Made by a program: the position numbers and the translations under genes. A stretch of DNA of 64,000 bases, from contig CAYUTI010000001.1 in NCBI GenBank assembly GCA_964447685.1, forward strand, positions 40,338-104,337, in the 5' to 3' direction. The DNA comes from Candidatus Woesearchaeota archaeon (GTDB taxonomy: Archaea > Nanobdellota > Nanobdellia > SCGC-AAA011-G17 > CAYUTI01). The notes beneath the pieces were generated by a model. It ran no database searches and was not told the DNA's origin. It worked only from the letters and a program-made list of their open reading frames with translations. Below are positions 1 through 9,096 of this stretch, one piece after another (positions within the stretch are counted from its first letter, which is position 1; each line of letters begins with the position of its first letter).

Positions 1-20
1 ATTTTTTGTTTTTGGTATTT

Positions 21-650
21 TCATATTGATTCTGCTCTTTTGTTCTTTATTAGCAAGTTAGCTATTTCCATTGGTAAATTGGCCATATCTTCCTTTTCAA
101 AAGGGCCATAGTTATTCATGTCAGAACCTACAAATTTAGGTACTTCATGAGTAAGTCTTATCAACTTAGTAGTATTTTCCTCTTTTTCGCTTTTTAAAGG
201 TTTTGATTGGGATAATTGTTCTATTTTAGGTTCTTTTGCTGATAGAATATTCAATAGAATAGATGTTCTGTGGGTATTTAGAGTGCTTAGGATATTGTTA
301 TATAATGACTTTTCTTCTTCTAACATAGCTGCTGTTTCCTTTGCTTGTTGGGTTCTAGAGGCAAATAAGGCTATTTGAATGATTTTGGATTCTCTTCTTT
401 CATATAGTTCTTTTAGGATTCTTTGAATATTCTCTAGTTGCCTTCTTGTTTTTTGAGTTTCTAAAGATGAAAATATTGAGGACTTACTTTCTTGAGAATT
501 AAGAATTGATGTTTTTTCGTTTATGTATTGAGTAACATTCTTGAAGAAGGTCTTATCTAGTGGTTGGAGCTCTTTTCTGAACTTTTCTCTCCTTAATATT
601 TCATATAAAGTTTCATAAGTAATGATTGTTGAAGGTTCTTTTTCTGACAT
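21..650 (-). CDS. probable GINS subunit (Gins51/Sld5-like)
   Basis: 209 aa. N-terminal 'ITYETLYEILRREK..LQPLDKTFF' and C-terminal 'YGPFEKEDMANLPMEIANLLIK' resemble archaeal Gins51 A and B domains. Recognised by eye only. Confidence 0.5.
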   Translation of the reverse strand: MSEKEPSTIITYETLYEILRREKFRKELQPLDKTFFKNVTQYINEKTSILNSQESKSSIFSSLETQKTRRQLENIQRILKELYERRESKIIQIALFASRTQQAKETAAMLEEEKSLYNNILSTLNTHRTSILLNILSAKEPKIEQLSQSKPLKSEKEENTTKLIRLTHEVPKFVGSDMNNYGPFEKEDMANLPMEIANLLIKNKRAESI

Positions 651-734
651 AATATGAAGTATATTGAAGTCTCTTAAATATTTTTGTATTTTTTAAGAGA
701 TATGTTTAAAAAGGCTGTTTGGTTTTGATTAATT

Positions 735-1859
735 ATGTATAAGATTAAAGAAAAACCTGAAGATTTCATAGTTAAAGAAGAAATGAAGTTAGATCTAAAA
801 GATTCTGGTAAAGTCATTCTTTTTAAATTAACCAAGAAAGGATGGAACACTTTGAATGCTATTCTAGAAATTGCTAAAAGAACAGGTGTTAGCACAGGTA
901 ATTTTAATGTTGCAGGGAATAAGGATAAGTATGCGGTTACTTCTCAGTATGTTTCTGTTTCTGGAGTTTCAAAAGAGAGATTGGAGAGCTTGAGTATAAA
1001 GGATATTTCAATTGAAGTTTTAGGTTATGGGGATCATAGACTGGCTTTGGGGGATTTATCTGGTAACCATTTTAAAATTGTTGTTCGTAATTTAGATAAT
1101 GATAAAATTAGAGTTTTGGATTCTATTCCTAATTATTTTGATGATCAGAGATTTGGAGGAGGTTTAAGGGGGAATAATGCTACTGTTGGAAAATTATTAG
1201 TTCTTAAAAAATATGAAGAAGCAATGAAAACTTATCTTGGAAAACCTTTTCGTAGAGAAATGAAACAAGAAAGAGAATTTAGGAAGTTTGTTGATGAGAA
1301 CTGGGAAGATTGGGAAGGTGCTTTGGAAAAATGTCCGAAACATTTAGTCCATGAAAGAGAGATTTTAGAATATTTATTAGACCATCATAAAGATTATGTA
1401 GGTGCATTTAATCGTTTGAATAAAAAGGTTTTGAGTATGTTTATCCATGCTTATCAATCTTTGTTATGGAATCAAGTAGTTTCTGAATATCTTCGAACAA
1501 AAGGAGAATATTATGAAGTACCTTATTCTCAAGGGAAATTAGTTTTTTCTGAGATGAAGCAAGAAAATATTAAGATTCCAATCATTGGTTTTTTAACTGA
1601 ATTCAATAATCCTGATATTGAAAAGATTTATTCTAAGGTTTTATCTAAGGAGGGCATTAGTTTTAAAGATTTTATTAATAAACAAATTAGATATCTAAGT
1701 TCTGAAGGTGTTAATCGTGATGCTTTTATTCCTGTTAAAGATTTAAAATATAAATTTAGTTCTGATGAGAAGTTTCTTAACAAGAAGAAGTGTGTTTTAG
1801 AGTTTAGTTTAGGAAAGGGAAGTTATGGTAGTTTAGTTGTTAAAGGGTTGTTTAGTTAA
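735..1859 (+). CDS. truD: tRNA pseudouridine synthase D (TruD/Pus7 family)
   Basis: 'PEDFIVKE' N-terminus, catalytic 'GNKDKYAVTSQ' and 'NYFDDQRFGG' motifs typical of TruD. Confidence 0.9.
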   Translation: MYKIKEKPEDFIVKEEMKLDLKDSGKVILFKLTKKGWNTLNAILEIAKRTGVSTGNFNVAGNKDKYAVTSQYVSVSGVSKERLESLSIKDISIEVLGYGDHRLALGDLSGNHFKIVVRNLDNDKIRVLDSIPNYFDDQRFGGGLRGNNATVGKLLVLKKYEEAMKTYLGKPFRREMKQEREFRKFVDENWEDWEGALEKCPKHLVHEREILEYLLDHHKDYVGAFNRLNKKVLSMFIHAYQSLLWNQVVSEYLRTKGEYYEVPYSQGKLVFSEMKQENIKIPIIGFLTEFNNPDIEKIYSKVLSKEGISFKDFINKQIRYLSSEGVNRDAFIPVKDLKYKFSSDEKFLNKKKCVLEFSLGKGSYGSLVVKGLFS

Positions 1860-1890
1860 TTTTATAAAGAATATTTCTTAGTTTATTGTT

Positions 1891-3015
1891 ATGTTTGGCT
1901 CACTTAAAAAGAAATTACAGGATGCTGTAGGTAAATTCAGTAAAAAGGTAGATGAAGAGGTAGCTGATGTAGAGGAACCTATTGAAGAAATTAAAGAACC
2001 TGTTGAGGAATTAAAAGAGGAACCTGAAGAAGAGAAGGAAGAAGAGATTTCTGAAGAACCTGTTGAAGAAGTTAAAGAAGAAGAGATTCCTGAAGAACCA
2101 GAAGAGGAATCAGAAGAAGAAGTTGAAAAAGTTAAAGATAAAAGAGGTTTCTTAACAAAAATAAGAGAAAAAGTAATCACTAAGAAAATTTCTGAGAAAA
2201 AGTTTGATGAGTTATTTTGGGAGTTAGAAGTTATCTTACTGGAAAATAATGTTGCTGTTGAGGTTATTGAAAAAATTAAAAGTGATTTGAAAGAAAAATT
2301 AGTTGATCAACCTATACCTAAGAGAGAAATTCAAAATAAGATTGTTGAAGGTTTGAGAGAGAGTATTGATGAGATTTTATCTGTGGAAGGTTTTGATTTA
2401 GTTGAGAAATCTAAAGAGGGTAAACCTTATGTTATTGCTTTTATTGGAATTAATGGTTCTGGTAAAACTACTACTATTGCTAAGGTAGCTAATATGTTTA
2501 AAGAAAGTGGTAAGAGTGTGGTGTTAGCTGCTTGTGATACATTTAGAGCTGCAGCAATTGAGCAGTTAGATGATTGGGCTAAGAAGTTAGAGATTCCTAT
2601 TTTGAAAGGTAAGTATGGTGCTGATGCTGCTTCTATTGCATTTGATGCTGTAAAACATGCTGGTGCTAAAGGTATTGATGTTGTTTTAATTGATACCGCT
2701 GGTAGATTGCATAGTAATGCTGATTTGATGAAAGAGTTAGAAAAATTAATTAGAGTTGCTAAGCCTGATTTGAAGATTTTTGTTGGTGAATCTATAACTG
2801 GAAATGATTGTGTTGAGCAAGCTAAAGAGTTTGATGAATCTACTGGTATTGATGCTGTTATTTTGAGTAAAGCTGATGTTGATGATAAAGGTGGAGCTGC
2901 GATTTCTGTTGGTTATGTTACTGGAAAACCTATTATTTATTTGGGGAATGGTCAGGAACTTAAAGACCTGAAGAAATTTGATAAAGATGAGTTGATTAAA
3001 ACTCTAGGGTTATAG
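1891..3015 (+). CDS. ftsY: signal recognition particle receptor FtsY
   Basis: Acidic E/K-rich N-terminus, then an SRP GTPase core: 'GINGSGKTTTIAK', 'DTAGR', 'SKADVDDKGG'. Confidence 0.95.
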   Translation: MFGSLKKKLQDAVGKFSKKVDEEVADVEEPIEEIKEPVEELKEEPEEEKEEEISEEPVEEVKEEEIPEEPEEESEEEVEKVKDKRGFLTKIREKVITKKISEKKFDELFWELEVILLENNVAVEVIEKIKSDLKEKLVDQPIPKREIQNKIVEGLRESIDEILSVEGFDLVEKSKEGKPYVIAFIGINGSGKTTTIAKVANMFKESGKSVVLAACDTFRAAAIEQLDDWAKKLEIPILKGKYGADAASIAFDAVKHAGAKGIDVVLIDTAGRLHSNADLMKELEKLIRVAKPDLKIFVGESITGNDCVEQAKEFDESTGIDAVILSKADVDDKGGAAISVGYVTGKPIIYLGNGQELKDLKKFDKDELIKTLGL

Positions 3016-3020
3016 TTTTT

Positions 3021-3030
3021 TCACTAGTGA
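3021..3030. promoter_or_regulatory. 10-bp palindrome TCACTAGTGA (copy 1)
   Basis: A perfect palindrome about 55 nt upstream of the 'AAGGTATAT' TATA box of the gene at 3113. Confidence 0.45.
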
Positions 3031-3112
3031 AAGATATTCTGTCAAGGGTGCCCTAGGTGAAAATGTGATTATATTGACAAGGTATATTAAAAGGACTTTA
3101 TTTAGATAAGGT

Positions 3113-3571
3113 ATGGAAACGGAAAACCCCTTGAAGTGTGTAGTTGTATGCGATCGAACTCTTTTAGATTCTAATCGTTATCCTAATGTGGAGATTATTC
3201 CTGATCTTTTGAGTAAAGATTATACTCCAGCAGATGCTAATCCTAAAATTAAAAAATTCTTAGATATCGTTAGTTCCAAGGGTGTTAAGGTTGCTGTTAT
3301 GGGTTGGGGAAGTGAAACTCCTGATCCGAGATATACTAATTTTTTATCTAGTTTGGGCTTAGGAGACATTGTTGATGATGTATTCACTGAAGATACAACC
3401 TTGGATTTTGATCCTCCTTATGTTAAAGCTCAAAATGCTTATGGTCTTACTAGAGAGCAAATGGCTTTTATTGCTACCCCTCGTGATATGGAAATTTATA
3501 AATATACAAGAGTTCCACAGTTAGTAGATTGTACTAATGGTGGTTTAACTAAATTACTTGAGCGGATATAA
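3113..3571 (+). CDS. hypothetical protein, weak HAD-like resemblance with degenerate motif I
   Basis: 152 aa. 'VVVCDRTLLD' sits where HAD motif I (hhhhDxDxT) would be, but the catalytic Asp pair is not intact. TATA-like 'AAGGTATATTAAAA' lies about 25 nt upstream. Confidence 0.35.
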   Translation: METENPLKCVVVCDRTLLDSNRYPNVEIIPDLLSKDYTPADANPKIKKFLDIVSSKGVKVAVMGWGSETPDPRYTNFLSSLGLGDIVDDVFTEDTTLDFDPPYVKAQNAYGLTREQMAFIATPRDMEIYKYTRVPQLVDCTNGGLTKLLERI

Positions 3572-3576
3572 CTCTC

Positions 3577-4056
3577 TTAGTAGGAGATGCTTATTATTCT
3601 TTCTTTTTCTCCAGTAATTTTATTTTCTCTATATACTTCATTCCCTAAACTTTGGATAGCTTCTCTTAATGCTCCTGGTTCAAAAGATCCTGCTTTGGTA
3701 GGATCGTAATCTTGTGCTTCAATTACTAATTGGGTATTGCCTTTTTTAGTAGTAGCTATCAAACGTCTTAATTTACCTATTAAGTCAGTTCTGTTTTTTG
3801 CTTCTTCTATTTTGGTAATGATTGTTTCTACTCCATTTAATCCAAAAATACTTTGGTGTTCTAAGAATGTTTCAAAATCTCTTACACTCCTTTCTACTCC
3901 AGAATAATTTCCTTCAGCTTTATACCTTAAACGTATTGAAGTAATTTTATCTCCGAAGGGTGCAGCTTTCTGTAATATTGCTTGATCTGGTGTGTACTCT
4001 TTTTTTCCTTCAGCTGCTTCTTCCATATTAAATGTTTGATTTTTTATTGTGTTCAT
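3577..4056 (-). CDS. hypothetical protein
   Basis: 159-aa ORF with a strong GGAGGA Shine-Dalgarno 5-10 nt upstream. No family recognised. Confidence 0.55.
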   Translation of the reverse strand: MNTIKNQTFNMEEAAEGKKEYTPDQAILQKAAPFGDKITSIRLRYKAEGNYSGVERSVRDFETFLEHQSIFGLNGVETIITKIEEAKNRTDLIGKLRRLIATTKKGNTQLVIEAQDYDPTKAGSFEPGALREAIQSLGNEVYRENKITGEKERIISISY

Positions 4057-4067
4057 TTTGTCCTCCT

Positions 4068-4083
4068 GCGAGAAAGCTCTCGC
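4068..4083 (-). promoter_or_regulatory. GC-rich hairpin between the kinase stop and the SD of the 159-aa gene
   Basis: GCGAGA-AAGC-TCTCGC: a 6-bp perfect stem in an otherwise AT-rich spacer, directly 5' of GGAGGA on the minus strand. Confidence 0.4.
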
Positions 4084-4099
4084 TAGTTTGATTTATTTT

Positions 4100-5458
4100 T
4101 TAAATTTGGAAACGCCAAGAGTCTCCAGTTATGTAATCATCAAGACTTAGGTGTTCTTCTCCATTTTTTATTTCTTCAAAAAACTCTTTTGCATAATCTT
4201 GATTTCCAGGATGATCAATTCTATATTGGGCAAGAGCATCTCCCCATTTAAGGGCAAATTCTTTTGGTAAACCTAAGTTTAAACACATCATCATTCCTCC
4301 TAATGCTGTGTCTCCTGCTGCTCCAAAACTAGGTTTTGAAGAGTGATGCAAATTGAAGTTCTTATTATTTGATAATAAATCATAAGCTTCTTCTTTTGTG
4401 ATTATCATTGCTCCTTTACTTCCCATAGTACAGCAGATTACTGCCTCTGGATTCTTTTCTAGAATGTATTCTATTCCTTGATGAAAATCCTTTCTAGTTA
4501 TAGTCATGACTTCTTCATTATTTTCATAAAAACCATCTACTTTAGATAAAAATTTATCAACTATGGATCCGTTTTTTCTGTATGTTGATTCGGTCACTGC
4601 AAGAAATGTTTTAAGTTCTTCATGGTTTAGTGCATCTAGGCATCTTCTAAATAATTTTGGATTTTTTATGCTATTTAGCACTATTTGATGGATATCATTT
4701 TTGTAAACTTCTGCATCTAATGATTCTTCAAATTCTCCTTGGTCTCCTATGAAATCATTGAATGGAGTACTTAGAATTATTTTACTAGTCCCTAATTCTA
4801 CAACATGGTTCTCACCAATTTTATAACCTTCTGGTTTTATTAGTGTTGGTATGCCATTGCTCCATTGAGTTCTTACTTTAAATTGTCTAAGGTATTCGTC
4901 TAATTTACTTTCTTCAGAATCTGGAGCGATATAATATAAGTTCGTGTTTTCAAGAGGAGTAGTATTTATCCCTTTAATTTTTCCATGACGTATGAAATAT
5001 TCTCTCGTTACGGCTGCTGCAATTATCATACCTAGGCCTGAACCTCCATACTGACTTTTTCCAGTATTTAGTTTTATAATTTCTTTGTTGGGATCTATTT
5101 TTTTAATTTCTTTTAGAGGTATTTTTCCTTCAAACCAACCTTTCCAGGAATTAGTATCATTGTTTTTTCCGTTTCTTACTGCAAGTTGTTTTCTTACTTC
5201 TTCTATATTAACTTCATATCTTGTTATTTCTTCTTTATTATTGAATTCATATATCCCCTCTATAGGGGGTTCGAATCCATTTCCATTTTTATCATAATCT
5301 CTATATTTTGCTTCGTTAAAAGAATCCATTAAATCTGCTACATGCTGACTAACAACCCCTATTGATTTTGCTATGTAAGTAATTAGTGCTTGATCTATTT
5401 GGGGTTCAGTTTGTTTGATTAAATGTTTTAAGTTTTTCATGAAAATAGTTAAAATCAA
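4100..5458 (-). CDS. ADP-dependent sugar kinase family protein (ADP-GK/ADP-PFK-like, ribokinase superfamily)
   Basis: 452 aa, the typical length. 'YGGSGLGMIIAA' matches the GGNAGIMAN-type motif, 'LNHEEL' the NExE motif, and C-terminal 'GAAGDTALGG' the GxGD motif. Confidence 0.55.
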   Translation of the reverse strand: MILTIFMKNLKHLIKQTEPQIDQALITYIAKSIGVVSQHVADLMDSFNEAKYRDYDKNGNGFEPPIEGIYEFNNKEEITRYEVNIEEVRKQLAVRNGKNNDTNSWKGWFEGKIPLKEIKKIDPNKEIIKLNTGKSQYGGSGLGMIIAAAVTREYFIRHGKIKGINTTPLENTNLYYIAPDSEESKLDEYLRQFKVRTQWSNGIPTLIKPEGYKIGENHVVELGTSKIILSTPFNDFIGDQGEFEESLDAEVYKNDIHQIVLNSIKNPKLFRRCLDALNHEELKTFLAVTESTYRKNGSIVDKFLSKVDGFYENNEEVMTITRKDFHQGIEYILEKNPEAVICCTMGSKGAMIITKEEAYDLLSNNKNFNLHHSSKPSFGAAGDTALGGMMMCLNLGLPKEFALKWGDALAQYRIDHPGNQDYAKEFFEEIKNGEEHLSLDDYITGDSWRFQI

Positions 5459-5635
5459 ATTTTCTTTTATTTATTGTCCATATTTTTCTTATTCACTATA
5501 AGCTTTGATATTTCAATGGAAGGTAGAACATAGTAAGATATCTAGTTGAGGGAAGAATTGGTTTCGATATCTTTGAAATGATTTGCTTAGTGTTAGAATA
5601 TAATCTATAAAGTTTATATTTTGCAATACTCTGAG

Positions 5636-5671
5636 TAGTGACGATATATGTCACACTATCTTCACTAGTGA
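5636..5671. promoter_or_regulatory. operator-like cluster: TAGTGAC-N7-GTCAC plus palindrome TCACTAGTGA (copy 2, 5662-5671)
   Basis: Lies in the divergent spacer between the kinase gene and the AbrB-PhoU gene, immediately upstream of the 'AAGGTATATAAA' TATA box. Confidence 0.45.
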
Positions 5672-5719
5672 CTATATTCGAAAGGTATATAAATATAGTT
5701 TTTTGATATAAGATATACA

Positions 5720-6733
5720 ATGCTAAACACTAGAAGAAAAATCATAAAACAAGGACACAATACCCTCACTATGACTTTACCTTCCAAGTGGGTTAAGGAT
5801 TTTAATATTAAGGCAGGGGACGAAGTTGACCTTATCGAAAGAGATAATGGTCTTTTCCTGAGTACTGAAAAGAAACAAGAAAACCTCAGAGCTACAGTAG
5901 ACATTTCTGATTTAGATATTAGGACTATATGGAAATATTTCCAGAGTCCATATAGAGAGGGTTATGATGAGATTAAGGTTTGCTTTAATTTAGATGCTGA
6001 ATATGATAGCCCTTATAAGTATTTTACAAGTCATGATCTTGATGGAAGACATGTTAAGAAAAATAAGTTTACTCCTTTTGAAACTATCCAGCAAATCACA
6101 AATAGGTTTGTAGGTTTAGAAGTGATTGAACACCATAAAGATTATTGTATAGTAAAAGATATGGGAGAAATTTCCAGTAAGGAGTTTAACTCTTCACTTA
6201 GGAGAGTATTTTTATTAATTCAACAAATGGCAGAGGAAGTAGTTGAAGCTATGAAAACTGGTAATATCACTTTGTTAAAACATGCACATGACATTGATAC
6301 AAATATTGATAAGTTCCATGACTTCTGTGTAAGAGTCTTGAATAAAACTGGATTTAAAGATGTTAGAAAGAGTCATGTAATCTTCACTATCTTGTATCTG
6401 CTAGAATTAATTGGAGATGAGTTTAAACATATTGCTTTTGATATGGTTCAAGACATCGATAAGAAGAAATTTGATAACTTGCTAGAAATAGGTGAGATGA
6501 TTTTAGAACAGATTAATAGCTATACAGATTTATATTATGGTTATGAAAAACAAAAAGTTATTGATATGTCTGAAAAAAGTACTGAGATTTATTTTTACTT
6601 GCCTAAATTGTATAAAAAAGAAGCAAAGAGTACTAAGGCAGGAGATGATGTCTTTAAGGTATTTGATCATTTCAGAAGAGTTAATATGTATCTACTTTGT
6701 TTGGTAGAACTAAGAATTGAGATGGAATATTAG
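5720..6733 (+). CDS. AbrB/SpoVT-domain + PhoU-like regulator
   Basis: N-terminal 'KQGHNTLTMTLPSKWVKDFNIKAGDEVDL' is a SpoVT/AbrB swapped-hairpin signature. The remaining ~280 aa are helical, like archaeal PhoU homologues. Confidence 0.6.
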   Translation: MLNTRRKIIKQGHNTLTMTLPSKWVKDFNIKAGDEVDLIERDNGLFLSTEKKQENLRATVDISDLDIRTIWKYFQSPYREGYDEIKVCFNLDAEYDSPYKYFTSHDLDGRHVKKNKFTPFETIQQITNRFVGLEVIEHHKDYCIVKDMGEISSKEFNSSLRRVFLLIQQMAEEVVEAMKTGNITLLKHAHDIDTNIDKFHDFCVRVLNKTGFKDVRKSHVIFTILYLLELIGDEFKHIAFDMVQDIDKKKFDNLLEIGEMILEQINSYTDLYYGYEKQKVIDMSEKSTEIYFYLPKLYKKEAKSTKAGDDVFKVFDHFRRVNMYLLCLVELRIEMEY

Positions 6734-6771
6734 TTCGTTAACTTTAAATAAGCTTTTTTCTTCTTTATTTT

Positions 6772-8124
6772 ATGGTTTTGGATAAATTAGGCAGTAGTTT
6801 AAAAGAAAGTTTGAAGAAAATAACTAAATCAGTTTTTGTAGATGAGAGACTGATAGATGAATTAGTTAGGGATATTCAGAGAGCTTTATTGGCTGCTGAT
6901 GTTAATGTTCAATTAGTTTTTGATTTGAGTAAGAAGATAAAAGAGAGAGCTTTAGCTGAAAAAGATATTAAAGGTATTAGTCCTAAGGAACATTTAGTTA
7001 AGATTGTTTATGAAGAGTTAACTAATTTTATGGGGGGTGAAAAATCTGAGATTGCTTTTGGTAAGAAGAAACCCTTTAAGATAATGATGGTTGGTTTGTT
7101 TGGTTCTGGTAAAACTACTTGTATTGGAAAGTTAGCTAAGTATTATGCTTCTCGTGGTAAAAAGGTTGCTGCTATAGGTTTAGATGTTTGGAGGCCTGCT
7201 GCAATGGAACAGTTAGAGAATAATTGTGAAAAGGCTGGAGTAAAATGCTTTATTAAAAAAGGTGAGAAAAATCCTTTTAAAATTTGGGAAGAGTTTGAAG
7301 CTAAATTAAGTTCTTACGATCTAGTTCTTGTAGATACTGCTGGTAGAGATGCTTTGAATGATGAATTAATTGAAGAAATTGAAAATGTTAATAAGATGAT
7401 TAAGCCTGATGAAGTATTTTTAGTTATTAGTGCTGATATTGGTCAGACTGCACAAAAACAAGCTGAGCAATTCCATAAGAGTTGTGGAGTTACCGGTGTT
7501 ATAATTACTAAGATGGATGGTAGTGCTAAAGGTGGTGGAGCATTAGCTGCTACATCTATTACTAAAGCACCTATCAAATTTATTGGTGTTGGTGAAAAGG
7601 TTGATGATTTAGAAAGTTTTAATCCTAAAGGTTTTGTTGGTCGTTTATTAGGGATGGGGGATATTGAAGCTTTATTAGAGAAAGCAGAGTTAGCTATTGA
7701 TAAAGAGAAAGCTGAAGATATGGGTAAGAAATTCTTGAAAGGTGATTTTAACTTTTTAGATTTGTATGAGCAAATGGCTGCTATGAAAAAGATGGGTAGT
7801 TTATCTAAATTGTTAGATATGATTCCTGGTTTTGGTGGTGCTCAAATTCCTAAAGAAATGCTTGATGTTCAAGAAGGTAAATTGGAAAAGTGGAAGTATA
7901 TTCTTCAAAGCTTTACAAAGAAAGAATTAGAAAATCCCGAGATTATCACAGGAAGCAGAATAGATCGTGCGGCTAAGGGTTCAGGTGTAAAAACTTCTGA
8001 AGTTCGTGAATTACTGAAACAATATAGGATGAGTAAGAAAATGATGAAAGCGATGAAAGGAATGGGTGATAATTTGGATATGAATAAGATGATGAGAAAA
8101 TTTAAAGGGAAAAAGGTGTTTTAG
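6772..8124 (+). CDS. srp54: signal recognition particle protein SRP54
   Basis: 'GLFGSGKTT', 'DTAGR', 'TKMDGSAKGGGA' and a Met-rich C-terminal M domain. Confidence 0.95.
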   Translation: MVLDKLGSSLKESLKKITKSVFVDERLIDELVRDIQRALLAADVNVQLVFDLSKKIKERALAEKDIKGISPKEHLVKIVYEELTNFMGGEKSEIAFGKKKPFKIMMVGLFGSGKTTCIGKLAKYYASRGKKVAAIGLDVWRPAAMEQLENNCEKAGVKCFIKKGEKNPFKIWEEFEAKLSSYDLVLVDTAGRDALNDELIEEIENVNKMIKPDEVFLVISADIGQTAQKQAEQFHKSCGVTGVIITKMDGSAKGGGALAATSITKAPIKFIGVGEKVDDLESFNPKGFVGRLLGMGDIEALLEKAELAIDKEKAEDMGKKFLKGDFNFLDLYEQMAAMKKMGSLSKLLDMIPGFGGAQIPKEMLDVQEGKLEKWKYILQSFTKKELENPEIITGSRIDRAAKGSGVKTSEVRELLKQYRMSKKMMKAMKGMGDNLDMNKMMRKFKGKKVF

Positions 8125-8378
8125 GCTTTCCCATAAATAATTCTTTGAATTAATAAAAGATACCATAAGGTTGCATTTACTCCTGCGATTATTGCTGAGA
8201 AATATAAATTTAAACTGAAAAATGAAAATGCCATTAAATACAATCCCAAACTTGTAATAGCTCCTGTTTGTAAAGTTATGTGGCCTTTTTTTCCTTTGAA
8301 TCCATAGATTACTTGTTTGAGTAAACCATAACCAAAAGCTAAATTAGTTACTGCTATTAGTGTATCTTGCCAAACCAT
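8121..8378 (-). CDS. small 3-TM membrane protein (possibly SemiSWEET/PQ-loop-like)
   Basis: 85 aa with three hydrophobic segments and a basic loop 'GFKGKKG' after TM1. The PQ motif is not conserved (KQ). Confidence 0.35.
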   Translation of the reverse strand: MVWQDTLIAVTNLAFGYGLLKQVIYGFKGKKGHITLQTGAITSLGLYLMAFSFFSLNLYFSAIIAGVNATLWYLLLIQRIIYGKA

Positions 8379-8463
8379 AAATATTATTGAATTTTTAGTT
8401 TTATATAGATTGTTAAGGTATAACGTTAACTTTATAAACTATGTTCTATAGCACATATTTAAG

Positions 8464-9060
8464 ATGGAAGAGATTGGAAGAGGTGCAGAAGCTGTATTGC
8501 TAAAAGATGGAAATAAGTTGTTAAAGCAACGAATTAGAAAGGGGTATAGGCATGAAGAATTAGATTTTATGTTGAGAAGAAGGCCTACTAGAGTTGAAGT
8601 TAAGCTATTAGGAAAAGCTGCTGAATTTATTAATGTTCCTAAGGTTCATGAAAGTTCTGATAAAGATATGAGTATTGTAATGGACTTTATAGATGGTAAT
8701 AGAGTTAAGGATGTTTTTAATTCTGTGGATAGAGTTGAAGTTTGTAAACAAATTGGTAGAGATGTTGCTAAGTTACATGCTAATAATTTGATTCATGGAG
8801 ATTTAACTACTTCAAATTTATTATTGAAAGGAGAAGATTTATTTTTTATTGATTTTGGATTAGGTTTTATTTCTGATAAAACTGAAGATAAAGCTGTTGA
8901 TTTGAGATTATTGAGACAGGCTTTAGAGAGTAAACATTATGATTTTCCTGAAGCTTTTGAGTATGTGTTAACAGGTTATTCTGAGTGGAATGGTTCTAAA
9001 GAAGTTTTGAATAGATTAGAGAAAGTTGAAGGTAGAGGAAGATATAAACAGCAAGTTTAG
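8464..9060 (+). CDS. bud32: Kae1-associated kinase Bud32 (KEOPS)
   Basis: Small RIO-like kinase: 'RGAEAVL', 'HGDLTTSNLLL', 'IDFGL'. Confidence 0.85.
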   Translation: MEEIGRGAEAVLLKDGNKLLKQRIRKGYRHEELDFMLRRRPTRVEVKLLGKAAEFINVPKVHESSDKDMSIVMDFIDGNRVKDVFNSVDRVEVCKQIGRDVAKLHANNLIHGDLTTSNLLLKGEDLFFIDFGLGFISDKTEDKAVDLRLLRQALESKHYDFPEAFEYVLTGYSEWNGSKEVLNRLEKVEGRGRYKQQV

Positions 9061-9096
9061 AAAGATATTTAAACTTTAAAGTCTTAGTAGAAATAG

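Noticed and set aside
1878-2180. 100-aa Ser-rich ORF antisense to ftsY
   Set aside because: It is the mirror image of the GAA/GAG-rich acidic N-domain of FtsY. It has no start context and is pure low complexity.
3004-3057. CTAGGG...CCCTAG inverted repeat after the ftsY stop, as a possible terminator or element end
   Set aside because: The arms are only 6 bp and 40 nt apart, and the repeat partly overlaps the ftsY stop codon. The nearby TCACTAGTGA palindrome is the stronger signal and is reported instead.
5262-5290. GGGGGTTCGAATCC, a T-arm-like string inside the kinase gene
   Set aside because: There is no complementary T-stem half, acceptor or anticodon arm around it. It is a coincidental match within coding sequence.
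5496-5904. 74-aa and 79-aa minus-strand ORFs in the spacer upstream of the AbrB-PhoU gene
   Set aside because: They overlap the divergent promoter/operator region and the 5' end of a well-supported gene. There is no SD, and the translations are low-complexity.
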